Of a DNA stretch of 64,000 nt, positions 17,664 to 25,918 are shown piece after piece. Position 1 is the stretch's first letter, and each line of letters begins with the position of its first letter. A program made the position numbers and the translations under genes. The stretch comes from a virus. The notes under the pieces are model-generated. The model ran no database searches. It worked only from the letters and a program-made list of their open reading frames with translations, and was not told where the DNA came from. Location of the stretch: IMG/VR virus record IMGVR_UViG_2639763152_000002, one strand, 5' to 3'.

Positions 17664-18258
17664 GTTGTTTTTTCTCCTTTCTCTTCTGCGTAAACGGATT
17701 TGATAGAACTGCTTCAATGTAATTTAAACCAACCTTGCTGCCTTTGTTCCTGAAAGCCTGTTTCATAGCCTCCATGACCTTCTCCTCGCCGTAATCTTCA
17801 ACCATATAGCCAATTCGCTGAGCTTCAATTGGTCCGATAGTACGGGCGACTTTGTTCTCGAATAATTCAAAGACATTTTTCACTTTTTCATCAACTTCCT
17901 TTCTTTCTTCCGACACTTGGACAAGGTCCTTCTTCTTGTTGTAATTGCCAAGCTGTATGTAATCCGCGTAATTCAAAACTGTGACAATAAAGCCGCGTTT
18001 TTGCGGCAGCCTGTCCAGTTTTAAATACTCCTGCTTGACCATTCTGTCTAACGAGTATTTGATCTGATCGGATGACCAATTAAAACGCTTTGCTAATTCC
18101 ACAAGCTTAATGATTGTCTGACCGGGCTCTAAATCCTGATCCGCTCTATACTCTGCCCGTTTGAATAAATGATCGTATATTGTCTCATCCCGTGAATCTT
18201 TAAATGGCAGGCGGGGTAAAATGACATATCCTAATCCTTGCGTATCCATATCGCTCAC
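17548..18258 (-). CDS. Phage replication initiator with DnaD domain (YqaL-like)
   Basis: N-terminal winged helix; VFELFENKV...EAMKQA...GLNYIEAVL DnaD motif. Confidence 0.85.
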   Translation of the reverse strand: MSDMDTQGLGYVILPRLPFKDSRDETIYDHLFKRAEYRADQDLEPGQTIIKLVELAKRFNWSSDQIKYSLDRMVKQEYLKLDRLPQKRGFIVTVLNYADYIQLGNYNKKKDLVQVSEERKEVDEKVKNVFELFENKVARTIGPIEAQRIGYMVEDYGEEKVMEAMKQAFRNKGSKVGLNYIEAVLSNPFTQKRKEKKQHDSSQNTKYGHGNGGHSQKTTGQVSPIFSGTGRLRKKG

Positions 18259-18447
18259 CTACTTCCTTTTACACACTGCTGTTAGAGCCTTAAAATCAAT
18301 ATCTGTTAATTCTAAAGATGGTTCATTTGTCTTCAGATAGTCCGTTACATACCGTGTATATAAGCCCTTCCTCATATCACGCCTAACTGTCTTAACCAGC
18401 CAGTAATAACAATGCGGAATCGGAACCTTAATTAAATCCTTTTCCAT
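18259..18447 (-). CDS. Hypothetical protein
   Basis: 62 aa from MEKDLIKVP; TGATG-coupled to the nuclease stop. Confidence 0.65.
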   Translation of the reverse strand: MEKDLIKVPIPHCYYWLVKTVRRDMRKGLYTRYVTDYLKTNEPSLELTDIDFKALTAVCKRK

Positions 18448-19247
18448 CAGCTGATCAGCTCCGAGAAATGAATAATACTGTTTAACTGATTTGTTGCACG
18501 GCAATATTTGCATCTCTCACACCGCTCCGGCTTTTCACCGCCGTGTTTCACTTGCAGGATACGACCCATACGCTGCTCAATCTCTTCAAGCTCTACTTCC
18601 ATTCGGCCCTTATCGATATTAATGACTGCCTTATCCGGCGGATCCTCTTTAGACACACCCACGATAAGAGGCTCAAGCCACTCGTTACGCCCAGTCATAC
18701 GCCTTTCCATTTCTGCGTAAAGCGCCATCTGTCCGATGTATCCGTATGCTTCGACAAACGAGCAATAGCCTATTTCCGGATTCCACACCTTTTCTCGAAG
18801 TGAACGGGTTGTTTTCAGATCTGCAAAACGGCTGCCGGCCGGGTTGTATACGTCCAGCTTGCCTTTCCACGGAACACCGAAGAGTTCGGCCGTTACGATA
18901 ACTTCTTTTGCTCCTTGCAGAACGAACATACAGAGTTCGTCATGTTGAATCGCCTCAATCATCAGATCAGCTAACTGATATTGCTTGTACAGCTGGCCTT
19001 TTTGTGTAAAAAGTGATGGCGTGTTTCTCTTGAATTCATCAAATACCTGTTTCCCTTCAAGCCAGGCATGAACATATTGACCGAAGAGGAGAGCCTCTGA
19101 ACCCGGCGGCACCCATTCACCGTTAATCTTGGCCATTGTTGCCGCCTCGCATTGCAGAAAGCTCTTATATTGAGAATTTGACATGTAATATCTATCAATC
19201 TCGTTAGAATAGTAATTCTCCTTGTTTAGCGCCGGAATCGTCCTCAT
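18447..19247 (-). CDS. PD-(D/E)XK exonuclease (DUF3799 / RecE-like)
   Basis: MSNSQYK, FGQYVHAWLEG, WKGKLD...DLKTT and YGY..QMALY motifs. Confidence 0.85.
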   Translation of the reverse strand: MRTIPALNKENYYSNEIDRYYMSNSQYKSFLQCEAATMAKINGEWVPPGSEALLFGQYVHAWLEGKQVFDEFKRNTPSLFTQKGQLYKQYQLADLMIEAIQHDELCMFVLQGAKEVIVTAELFGVPWKGKLDVYNPAGSRFADLKTTRSLREKVWNPEIGYCSFVEAYGYIGQMALYAEMERRMTGRNEWLEPLIVGVSKEDPPDKAVINIDKGRMEVELEEIEQRMGRILQVKHGGEKPERCERCKYCRATNQLNSIIHFSELIS

Positions 19248-20124
19248 CAGCAGGATCACCAGCCTTTTTCTTTTTTTCATCTGCCTTCCCAACTTGCTCT
19301 TTTTGCTTTTTAAATTCTTCTTCAGCCTTTGACTTAGTCGCGCCTGTGGCCTTGATATTGAAGTAATCCTCTTTCTTTGCCATCCCATCACGAAGGGACG
19401 TGTAAATGCGTCCAATTTTCAAGAAATCTTGTTCAGTGAAAGCATCGATCGAATTGCCGATGTATTCCTGGATCATTTCTTTTGTAACGCCAAACTCTTT
19501 TTTGAAAAGAGATAAAGCGTTTCTGAGACGATCCTCCAAAGGTTCTTTATGACCGCTGATTAACGTTTGCTGACACATATCAACCGCAGCATCTACGATA
19601 TCGCCTGGAATTACTCCAAGTATGCAGGCACGCAACCGCCGCGCGCCTTGATTAGCAACCATTTCATAAATATCCCTTGGATCATCAAGCTTTGTAATAG
19701 CACCGCGCGCTTTCCGTTCATGCTTAACCGTGAAAATCTTGGTTTGACGGGTATTCGTTTCGAGGTCCCAGGCATAAGCCATGACAGACGATTCTCCTGC
19801 CTTCTGTTCCAATTCCATAATCCCGTAATCAATGTTCCCCCAGTTCTGCGCCAACGCTTCAGCAAGACGTATAGAAGGACCAGATACTTTTGAGCCGCCT
19901 CGGGGATATTCATACACCGCGTTCTCAGCCAACAGTCTCCGTTCACATGCTTTCTTAATCCGATCGAACGCCGCGTATACATCCCGCGGGAATTTCTTAG
20001 CAATGACCATAGCAGCCTGTACCTCTTGAGCTTGGCGACTGACCATAGCTTCGGTAGTCACGTTGGTTGCCTGTTGAGGTGCGGGCATATAATCTGAGTA
20101 ATCTACCTGAGACAATCCATTCAT
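19204..20124 (-). CDS. Putative single-strand annealing recombinase partnering the exonuclease
   Basis: 306 aa; AKKFPRD, YPRGG.KVSGPSIRLAE..AQNWGNI motifs; Red-like position next to an exonuclease. Family not firmly identified. Confidence 0.6.
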   Translation of the reverse strand: MNGLSQVDYSDYMPAPQQATNVTTEAMVSRQAQEVQAAMVIAKKFPRDVYAAFDRIKKACERRLLAENAVYEYPRGGSKVSGPSIRLAEALAQNWGNIDYGIMELEQKAGESSVMAYAWDLETNTRQTKIFTVKHERKARGAITKLDDPRDIYEMVANQGARRLRACILGVIPGDIVDAAVDMCQQTLISGHKEPLEDRLRNALSLFKKEFGVTKEMIQEYIGNSIDAFTEQDFLKIGRIYTSLRDGMAKKEDYFNIKATGATKSKAEEEFKKQKEQVGKADEKKKKAGDPADEDDSGAKQGELLF

Positions 20125-20309
20125 TTTGCTGCCACCTCTCTCAAATAAGCTTTTGTGCCGCGCCTCTGCCATTCTCGGTATGCGTCCATTGACGGAAAAC
20201 TGAAAACAGGACGGCCATACTTATCAAATGTAATTGAACCGCCAACCTGACTTAAACGTTCCTGGTCGTCCGCCCGGTCGCTGAATGACACTGTAATTGA
20301 TTTTGCCAT
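20121..20309 (-). CDS. Hypothetical protein
   Basis: 62 aa, RBS ggagg, coupled to the downstream gene. Confidence 0.65.
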   Translation of the reverse strand: MAKSITVSFSDRADDQERLSQVGGSITFDKYGRPVFSFPSMDAYREWQRRGTKAYLREVAAK

Positions 20310-20410
20310 TTATAAAACCTCCATTGTTTTCTATGAGGCGTTTTGATATAATTAGGTTCCAATCAATAATCAAAACGCCTGACGAAGTCCACTTTGCCGA
20401 GTGGGCTTTT

Positions 20411-20608
20411 TTATTGCGCTGTTTGAAATTCAAAACCAAACTGCTCCTTTAAGTACCGTTCAAGATTATCCCTCAAAATTACCTCGCCGCTGTCGATTAC
20501 ATAATCATCTGTTGGCATTATGATGTCCCCAAAAAAATCCTTTTTCATTTCAGGTTCTGACGTTTTATCGTGCCAGTTGTTCAAAACCATTGGATTTTCA
20601 ATGTTCAT
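20411..20608 (-). CDS. yqaI: YqaI-like protein
   Basis: IENPMV.NNWHDK...DDYVID.GE.IL..NLERYL.EQ.GFEF matches skin YqaI as recalled. Confidence 0.75.
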   Translation of the reverse strand: MNIENPMVLNNWHDKTSEPEMKKDFFGDIIMPTDDYVIDSGEVILRDNLERYLKEQFGFEFQTAQ

Positions 20609-20862
20609 TGCGAGCACCTGCTTATTACAGTTAAATTAATACCTCGCTGCTGCATTTTCATAGCTACATCGTACAAACGGCCTTTGTTTGCTAACCGGTT
20701 AATATCCTCCGTCAAAACTTTTATGCTTCCGGCTAAGCTAATGGCCTCCTCGTAATCACCATCACGCAAGGCCTCACATAGCATAATCGCCAATTCTTCT
20801 GCTGAATCCACTTTCCGTTTAGCAGCTTCTAAATCTGATTTAAGAAATTGATTGTTGTTCAT
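20605..20862 (-). CDS. yqaH: YqaH-like protein (DnaA/Spo0A-interacting)
   Basis: [41 protein letters not shown]...MQQ.GINLTV.SRC is near-identical to skin YqaH as recalled. Confidence 0.85.
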   Translation of the reverse strand: MNNNQFLKSDLEAAKRKVDSAEELAIMLCEALRDGDYEEAISLAGSIKVLTEDINRLANKGRLYDVAMKMQQRGINLTVISRCSQ

Positions 20863-21431
20863 ATCGTAATTGCCTGCCTCTCCTCATGATTTGCCATTGC
20901 TACTTGATCAACTAGCGCTTTTCTTGTCCACCTATCCGCTAGTTCTTGTATCTTTAAACCGTGTCCGCGGGCTAGTGAATAGATGAGTGTCTTATTTGCC
21001 GGGATAAGATCGAAAATCTGTTTAATATCACCCATTGGCAGTTCCCCTGCCCTCCTACCCGGCCTGTCACTTGCCAGCCAACGGGCTAGGTGTTTTGTTG
21101 CTTCCAACGCCTCTTCCAGCTGATGGACCATATTGATTACCGCGGCACTTGCACTTTCATTTAATGCAGGATCAATGGGCGCAGCCGCTGTTGGGTGCAG
21201 ACGGAAAAGATAATGCACGAGATCAATATGTTCATAGGCTTCACATACTTCAAACCACTTAATGCATAGTTCAGGAGTGAGTTTGCTAAAGCCATTTTCC
21301 ACATCAGAAACATATCGTTGATCCTTTCCCCCAATTAAATTACCGATTTGATACTGTGCAAGGCCCGCCGATTTTCGGACACCACGCATAATCTGCGGTA
21401 AATTTCGCAAATTGTATGGGTTGTTCTCCAT
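20859..21431 (-). CDS. Xre-family HTH protein (YqaG-like)
   Basis: 190 aa; N-terminal HTH ([12 protein letters not shown]...YVSDVENG); synteny with yqaH and yqaI. Confidence 0.75.
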   Translation of the reverse strand: MENNPYNLRNLPQIMRGVRKSAGLAQYQIGNLIGGKDQRYVSDVENGFSKLTPELCIKWFEVCEAYEHIDLVHYLFRLHPTAAAPIDPALNESASAAVINMVHQLEEALEATKHLARWLASDRPGRRAGELPMGDIKQIFDLIPANKTLIYSLARGHGLKIQELADRWTRKALVDQVAMANHEERQAITI

Positions 21432-21488
21432 ATGTTTGCCTCCTGATATATTCAGTTTTTTACTGATAAAATTTAAGTAATGAAAATA

Positions 21489-22217
21489 CTAACTTGCCTG
21501 TTGCTTTTTCAACTTGTTAATGATGTAGGCTTGTCCCTTTGGTGTAATCTTCATTGTGAGCCACGTTTTTGACTTTCCGCTTACTTCTCGAACTCCCTGT
21601 GCTACTTCAAAGTAACCGCGGTTCACATATTCTTGATAAGGTTCATTTTTGTTGGAAAAGATCATCTTCCAATCTCGTAATTTCTGAAACAACTGCCTCT
21701 CACCAATAACAATGCCTTGTTTTGATGCAAGTTTTGCAACCTCTCTGACAAGCAGGGATTTTTCAGACGCCATACACGATTCAGCAAAACTGACCAACGG
21801 CTCCTGAATCCTCAATGTTTGTTCAAGCTGTTGCCGTTCTTCCTGTTCGGTGATCCATCGCTTTGCTCGGCTGACTGGATCATCAATCATATAAGACGGC
21901 TGCTTTAGTTTCTGAAGCTCATTTTCCATTCGGTTAAACTCCGAAATATACTTTTCCTTGAACAGCGCTGCCTTTGCACCTGTGTAACCAAAAACTAAGA
22001 ATGTAAGACCGTCACGCTTGATGAGATATTTTTTATAAGTGCGATTCCTATTGTCCTTATATTCAACCTCCCCAAAATTGTGGAGATTAAATTCTTTACT
22101 AGAATCAAGGTTTTTAATATCACGTAAAACATGATCATGACGCTTTCCGAATACCTCAGCAACAGTCAGGCTATCGGTTACAACTTGATCGCCTTCAATA
22201 AAAACAAGTTGATTCAT
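21489..22217 (-). CDS. Rha-family regulator with C-terminal antirepressor (KilAC/ANT) domain
   Basis: DSLTVAEVFGKRHDHVLRDI, FLVFGYTG.KA..FK..YI..FN.ME; C-terminal GERQLFQKLR...KITPKGQ.YI. Confidence 0.9.
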   Translation of the reverse strand: MNQLVFIEGDQVVTDSLTVAEVFGKRHDHVLRDIKNLDSSKEFNLHNFGEVEYKDNRNRTYKKYLIKRDGLTFLVFGYTGAKAALFKEKYISEFNRMENELQKLKQPSYMIDDPVSRAKRWITEQEERQQLEQTLRIQEPLVSFAESCMASEKSLLVREVAKLASKQGIVIGERQLFQKLRDWKMIFSNKNEPYQEYVNRGYFEVAQGVREVSGKSKTWLTMKITPKGQAYIINKLKKQQAS

Positions 22218-22528
22218 GCGGTTGCCCCCTTACGGAAATACTGGGTATTTTCCTCCACCCAACGGGTATTTCTTTCAATCCATTTAAAAAGCAGCTGGGT
22301 TGGAATTTTCTTGCCGAACTCATCATTTACCGGGAAATCAGGTCGCGACATGAGTTCAGACATTTTTGTTTGACCGCATCTGAGTACTTTCATCGCTTCT
22401 TCTCTGGTTAAGATGTGAGGAAGCTCATTCAACGCTCCCAGCCGCTCGACTAACATATCTGTTGCCCTATCAGCAATTTTTGCTGCAATTTGATCAATGA
22501 AGTTATCGTCGTATTGCATGGTAAACAT
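22214..22528 (-). CDS. Excisionase-like HTH protein
   Basis: ILTREEAMKVLRCGQTKMSELMSRPDFP...KIP winged HTH; follows Cro. Confidence 0.7.
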   Translation of the reverse strand: MFTMQYDDNFIDQIAAKIADRATDMLVERLGALNELPHILTREEAMKVLRCGQTKMSELMSRPDFPVNDEFGKKIPTQLLFKWIERNTRWVEENTQYFRKGATA

Positions 22529-22540
22529 ATTTGGTACCTC

Positions 22541-22759
22541 CTATGCTGTGTTTGATTTTTGTTTCGAAACGACGACATTTTCTTCAAAAAAAAGCGTCCA
22601 ATCGACATCAAAGTTGTTAGCAATTCTCTTTGCTAGTTTTACTGAAGGATTTCTCTTTCCTAATTCAATGTTCGCGTAAGCACCTCTAGAGATACCAATT
22701 TCCTCAGCTGTTTCCTGTTGGCTTTTGTCTCCACGGATGTCTATCAACCATTTCCTCAA
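22541..22759 (-). CDS. Cro-like Xre repressor
   Basis: TTG start after GGGGGGTG; SQQETAEEIGISRGAYANIELGKRNPS HTH; divergent from cI. Confidence 0.88.
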   Translation of the reverse strand: MRKWLIDIRGDKSQQETAEEIGISRGAYANIELGKRNPSVKLAKRIANNFDVDWTLFFEENVVVSKQKSNTA

Positions 22760-22780
22760 TAGATTCACCCCCCTATTTGC

Positions 22781-22890
22781 GTCGAAACGAATCATTTGTT
22801 TTTATGATATCGTCCATTAGAAACAATGTCAATAACTTTTTCGTCGTTTTGACACAAAACTTTATTTGTTTCATTTCGACACGTTATAAT
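22781..22890. promoter_or_regulatory. Divergent lysis/lysogeny promoters with repeated asymmetric operators TGTTTC-N5-GAC
   Basis: Leftward TTGACA(22832-22827)-17-TATCAT; rightward TATAAT at 22885-22890. Operators at 22781-22794, 22812-22825 and 22867-22880, plus 22560-22573. Confidence 0.7.
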
Positions 22891-22912
22891 GTTTAATGAA
22901 TGAGGTGAAATT

Positions 22913-23290
22913 ATGTTTAAAGACCGGTTAATTCAACTCCGTAAAGGCAAGAAGTTAACACAAGAACAAATGGCTGAAAAGGTTGGCGTTCACAGGGGCA
23001 CATATGCTAATTATGAAAGAGGCCATAGACAGCCAGACTATGAAACATTAGTTAAAATAGCTGATTTCTTTGAAGTCTCTACAGATTACTTGCTGAGAGG
23101 TCAAGAGTACTACCAAGATAAAGCTAAAGAACTCCGTAAGCAGAATGATGTTCGTTTTGATAATGTCGAAGGACAGGAACTGATGACGGAGGATGAAAAA
23201 GATAAATATCTTGCAGATGCTCTAAGGCGACTTGATGGAATTGAAAAAATGATTGCAGAGAATTTCAAAAACAAAAAAGAGGAAAAGTAA
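22913..23290 (+). CDS. Prophage repressor (ImmR/Xre-like, no S24 peptidase domain)
   Basis: RLIQLRKGKKLTQEQMAEKVGVHRGTYANYERGHRQPDYETLVKIADFFEVSTDYLLRG; only 125 aa. Confidence 0.92.
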   Translation: MFKDRLIQLRKGKKLTQEQMAEKVGVHRGTYANYERGHRQPDYETLVKIADFFEVSTDYLLRGQEYYQDKAKELRKQNDVRFDNVEGQELMTEDEKDKYLADALRRLDGIEKMIAENFKNKKEEK

Positions 23291-23524
23291 TTATTCTATA
23301 TTGTTTATTAAGTTATTTCTGTTATTTCTGTTTACTAATAAGATCGGAACTTGAACCGGAATACAAATGAACCCGATCCGAAAGGATAATTTCACCATGT
23401 TCCTAATCCCTTATGGTTCAAGGGTTTTCAATCTTATTCTCATCTGAAACTGATCCGGACTTGAACGGAATCTCATCAGTAAAAATCGAGTCGTTGAGAA
23501 AAGTCCTGTTTTTAAATTTTGATT

Positions 23525-23546
23525 AGCCCTTTTAGGGCTTTTCTTT
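23525..23546 (+). terminator. Probable terminator downstream of the repressor
   Basis: AGCCCT-TTT-AGGGCT followed by TTTCTTT. Confidence 0.5.
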
Positions 23547-23661
23547 AAACAAAACACCAGAACATAAGTTCTTTTCCAGAATACATTAACTCTCCTCCCC
23601 CTACTCATTAATTTCATTTGTATTTAAAACAACTCCTATACTTAATCTAAGAGGTGAAAGA

Positions 23662-24858
23662 ATGTATACCAAAGAATTAATCAAGGGTAAAAAATGGTTA
23701 GCAGTTGGAGAAGGCCCTCGTGACCCAGTCACCGGCAAACGAAAGCAAATTCCGCGGCGAGGCAAAACAAAAAAAGAAGCCGAGCAAAGAGTCCGTGATG
23801 CAATTGCAGCTTTAAATGAAGATGGCATCGATGAATCAAGAGTGAAAAAGATAACTTTTGATCAAGTCGCAGCCGAATGGTTGGAAGAGTATATGTTAAC
23901 AGGGAAGAAAAAGAACACTGTCCGAATCAGACGAGAAGAGATAAAAATATTAAATGCCTACATTGCCAAATCCATCATCAATAAAATAACCTTGAGACAG
24001 TATCAAAAAATACTTAACAAACTATCAGAACAAGGGTATTCACGAAGCACTATGAATGGAGTACATACGACAGCAGGCATGATATTTAAGTATGCTGTTA
24101 AAGTAAAGTTTCTTAAAAGCAATCCTATTGCAGATGCTATAGTGCCTAAAAAAAGAATAACCGTTGAAGAAATTGAAAATAACAACATAGCTGAAAAATA
24201 CCTCGAAAAATCGGAGATCGAGGAATTTCTTTTAGCAGTTAAAAATCACGGTCTACACATGGATCTGGAACGATTTTATTTACTTGCTTTTTCAGGTATG
24301 CGATCCGGGGAGTTATGTGCCCTCAAATGGTCTGACATCAATTTCGAAACAAAAGAACTCCGGATAACTAAAACCATTTATTCAGAAAGTAATAACATGA
24401 GAGAGTATGAATTAACTCCACCCAAAACACCTGGATCAATTCGAACAATTGCTATAGACGATCAAATTATAGCCATGCTGAAAGCATATAAAACGAAAGT
24501 GAAAAAGATGCATTTGCAATCACAAACAAAATTATCTGAGTACCATAATGAAAACTTTATTTTCGCAAGAGCAAACGGGTACCCTTACCTGCCAAAAAGC
24601 ATCATATATCGGATGGAAAGAATTCTAAAAAAAACATCCATAAAAAAACATGCGACTCCTCACATATTCAGACACTCACATATCAGTATGTTAGCTGAAG
24701 CAGGTGTCGATATTGCGACCGTGATGAAAAGAGTCGGCCACGATGATGTGAAAACAACAATGAAAATCTATACCCACGTTACAAATAAAATGAAAGAGGA
24801 TGCCTCACAAAAAGTTCAGCAAACTTTCGGAAGCATCCTCGATCTCGGAATTTCATAA
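23662..24858 (+). CDS. int: Tyrosine integrase
   Basis: 398 aa; SGMRSGE, HIFRHSH, VGH and IYTH catalytic motifs; N-terminal arm-binding and SAM-like domains. Confidence 0.97.
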   Translation: MYTKELIKGKKWLAVGEGPRDPVTGKRKQIPRRGKTKKEAEQRVRDAIAALNEDGIDESRVKKITFDQVAAEWLEEYMLTGKKKNTVRIRREEIKILNAYIAKSIINKITLRQYQKILNKLSEQGYSRSTMNGVHTTAGMIFKYAVKVKFLKSNPIADAIVPKKRITVEEIENNNIAEKYLEKSEIEEFLLAVKNHGLHMDLERFYLLAFSGMRSGELCALKWSDINFETKELRITKTIYSESNNMREYELTPPKTPGSIRTIAIDDQIIAMLKAYKTKVKKMHLQSQTKLSEYHNENFIFARANGYPYLPKSIIYRMERILKKTSIKKHATPHIFRHSHISMLAEAGVDIATVMKRVGHDDVKTTMKIYTHVTNKMKEDASQKVQQTFGSILDLGIS

Positions 24859-24863
24859 AGAAA

Positions 24864-25098
24864 TGTTATTAAAATGTGATTTTTTTAATAAAAACGGATA
24901 ACTAACCCTCTTGAACCCTTGTCACATCAAGGGTTTTTTTCGTTTTAGGAATCATATTATAAATAAGTTGTTCACTTACCGCACACTTTCATAACGTGTT
25001 ATTTCCCTTTAACTTCAAGCTTTTGAGCACTTTCTAAGCAGAAACACATTCACGCATTTTCATCCTTGAATGTGATTTTTGTTATTTTTGTGTTATTT
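24864..25098. other. attP-like region (arm-type repeats flanking a presumptive core)
   Basis: TGT(G/T)ATT repeats at 24864, 24875, 24997, 25071, 25080 and 25091, directly after int; phage genes continue on both sides. Confidence 0.65.
24914..24940 (+). terminator. Integrase terminator
   Basis: AACCCTTG-TCACAT-CAAGGGTT followed by a T tract. Confidence 0.7.
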
Positions 25099-25116
25099 TT
25101 TTCGAAATATAAATCA

Positions 25117-25347
25117 TTAATCATCATACGGCCGATACTTCTTCCGACCAGCTTCCAGTTCTTTTTTTTGTGCCTCAACATGGCTCAGAAGAAATAAACT
25201 CACTGTTCCTACTTTCTTAACCGGATTCAATTTCCCAGAGCTCACGAGAGCGCTTAAACGCTGCCTCGTGACACCGAGCAATTCTCCGGTTTCCGCTGCA
25301 GTCAGTACTTCTTTTTGAATGAACTGTATCTTTTCATTTTCTGTCAT
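25117..25347 (-). CDS. Helix-turn-helix DNA-binding protein (HTH_17-like), cassette B gene 3
   Basis: VLTAAETGELLGVTRQRLSALVSSGKLNP...SLFL; paralog of 11201-11413. Confidence 0.8.
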   Translation of the reverse strand: MTENEKIQFIQKEVLTAAETGELLGVTRQRLSALVSSGKLNPVKKVGTVSLFLLSHVEAQKKELEAGRKKYRPYDD

Positions 25348-25534
25348 GTCTGTTCTCTCTCCAAATCAGAATAAAACCTTTTAGTATGGTGACGATCGCA
25401 GCCATATATAAGATGACAACTGCAATCTTCCCCAATGTTCCAGCTGTTTCAAAATCAATTGCAACAATACCCACTAATATAATAAACAACGTCGTCATAT
25501 CTAATGTATTGTAGTGCTTTAAATATTTTTTCAT
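25334..25534 (-). CDS. Small two-TM membrane peptide, cassette B gene 2
   Basis: 66 aa; shares MKK.L...D.TTL.F and a C-terminal WR motif with 11406-11588. Confidence 0.75.
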   Translation of the reverse strand: MKKYLKHYNTLDMTTLFIILVGIVAIDFETAGTLGKIAVVILYMAAIVTILKGFILIWRENRHDRK

Positions 25535-25547
25535 ATCATCGTGGACG

Positions 25548-25632
25548 TGATATAATGTAGGAGCAAGGGGATTACTCCCCTTGTCTTACTATGTTTTAGC
25601 GCTTCTTGCTTGTCCGGCGGGAGCGCTTTTTT
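25548..25632 (+). ncRNA. Predicted type I antitoxin antisense RNA with promoter (cassette B)
   Basis: TG-a-TATAAT at 25548-25556; hairpin CAAGGGGA-TTAC-TCCCCTTG; terminator AGCGCT...AGCGCT plus T tract inside the toxin 3' end. Confidence 0.65.
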
Positions 25633-25739
25633 CTGTTCTTCTCTCGCTTCTCGCTTTCCTTCTGCCAAATATCATAAATATTTTTGACAATGGTTACGAT
25701 TCCAGCGATGATAAGAACTATGTTTCTGATCTCGTCCAC
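25596..25739 (-). CDS. YonT-like small basic membrane toxin, cassette B gene 1
   Basis: GTG start after aaggaggtg; 47 aa, MDEIRNIVLIIAGIVTIVKNIYDIWQKESEKREKNRKKRSRRTSKKR. Confidence 0.75.
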   Translation of the reverse strand: MDEIRNIVLIIAGIVTIVKNIYDIWQKESEKREKNRKKRSRRTSKKR

Positions 25740-25764
25740 TTTAGCACCTCCTTTCGATACTTTT

Positions 25765-25800
25765 ATTATACCAAACCTATTTACAACAGTCAATAGGTTT
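25765..25800 (-). promoter_or_regulatory. SigA promoter with overlapping inverted repeat (cassette B)
   Basis: TTGACT-17-TATAAT (25793-25788, 25770-25765); inverted repeat AAACCTATT-N10-AATAGGTTT. Confidence 0.8.
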
Positions 25801-25918
25801 ACGTGAATTAATCTCCTTTATTGAAAATTTTTTATTTATATTTCCGCAAAATAAAAATATGGATAAACATCCTTAATTCCTTTAAAATGGAATCATCGTC
25901 TAAATTCAGGGGGATATT

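Larger units (their letters stand above)
1..21156. repeat. First instance of a ~21 kb segment repeated at 42924-64000 (tandem or circularly permuted ~42.9 kb phage unit)
   Basis: Window start gtggcattggagttcgtgaacg recurs at 42924. ORFs repeat at offset 42844 from ~11994/54838 onward (e.g. 12213/55057, 20605/63449). Window end matches 21156. Confidence 0.98.

Noticed and set aside
17548-18258. Iterons or origin within the replication initiator gene
   Set aside because: Expected by analogy, but I could not find convincing direct repeats by eye.
23342-23471. tRNA gene or tRNA-derived att site (GTTCAAGTC T-loop-like motifs on the minus strand)
   Set aside because: The T-stems do not pair properly, and there is no D-arm, anticodon arm or CCA. 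Kept only as an unexplained repeat.
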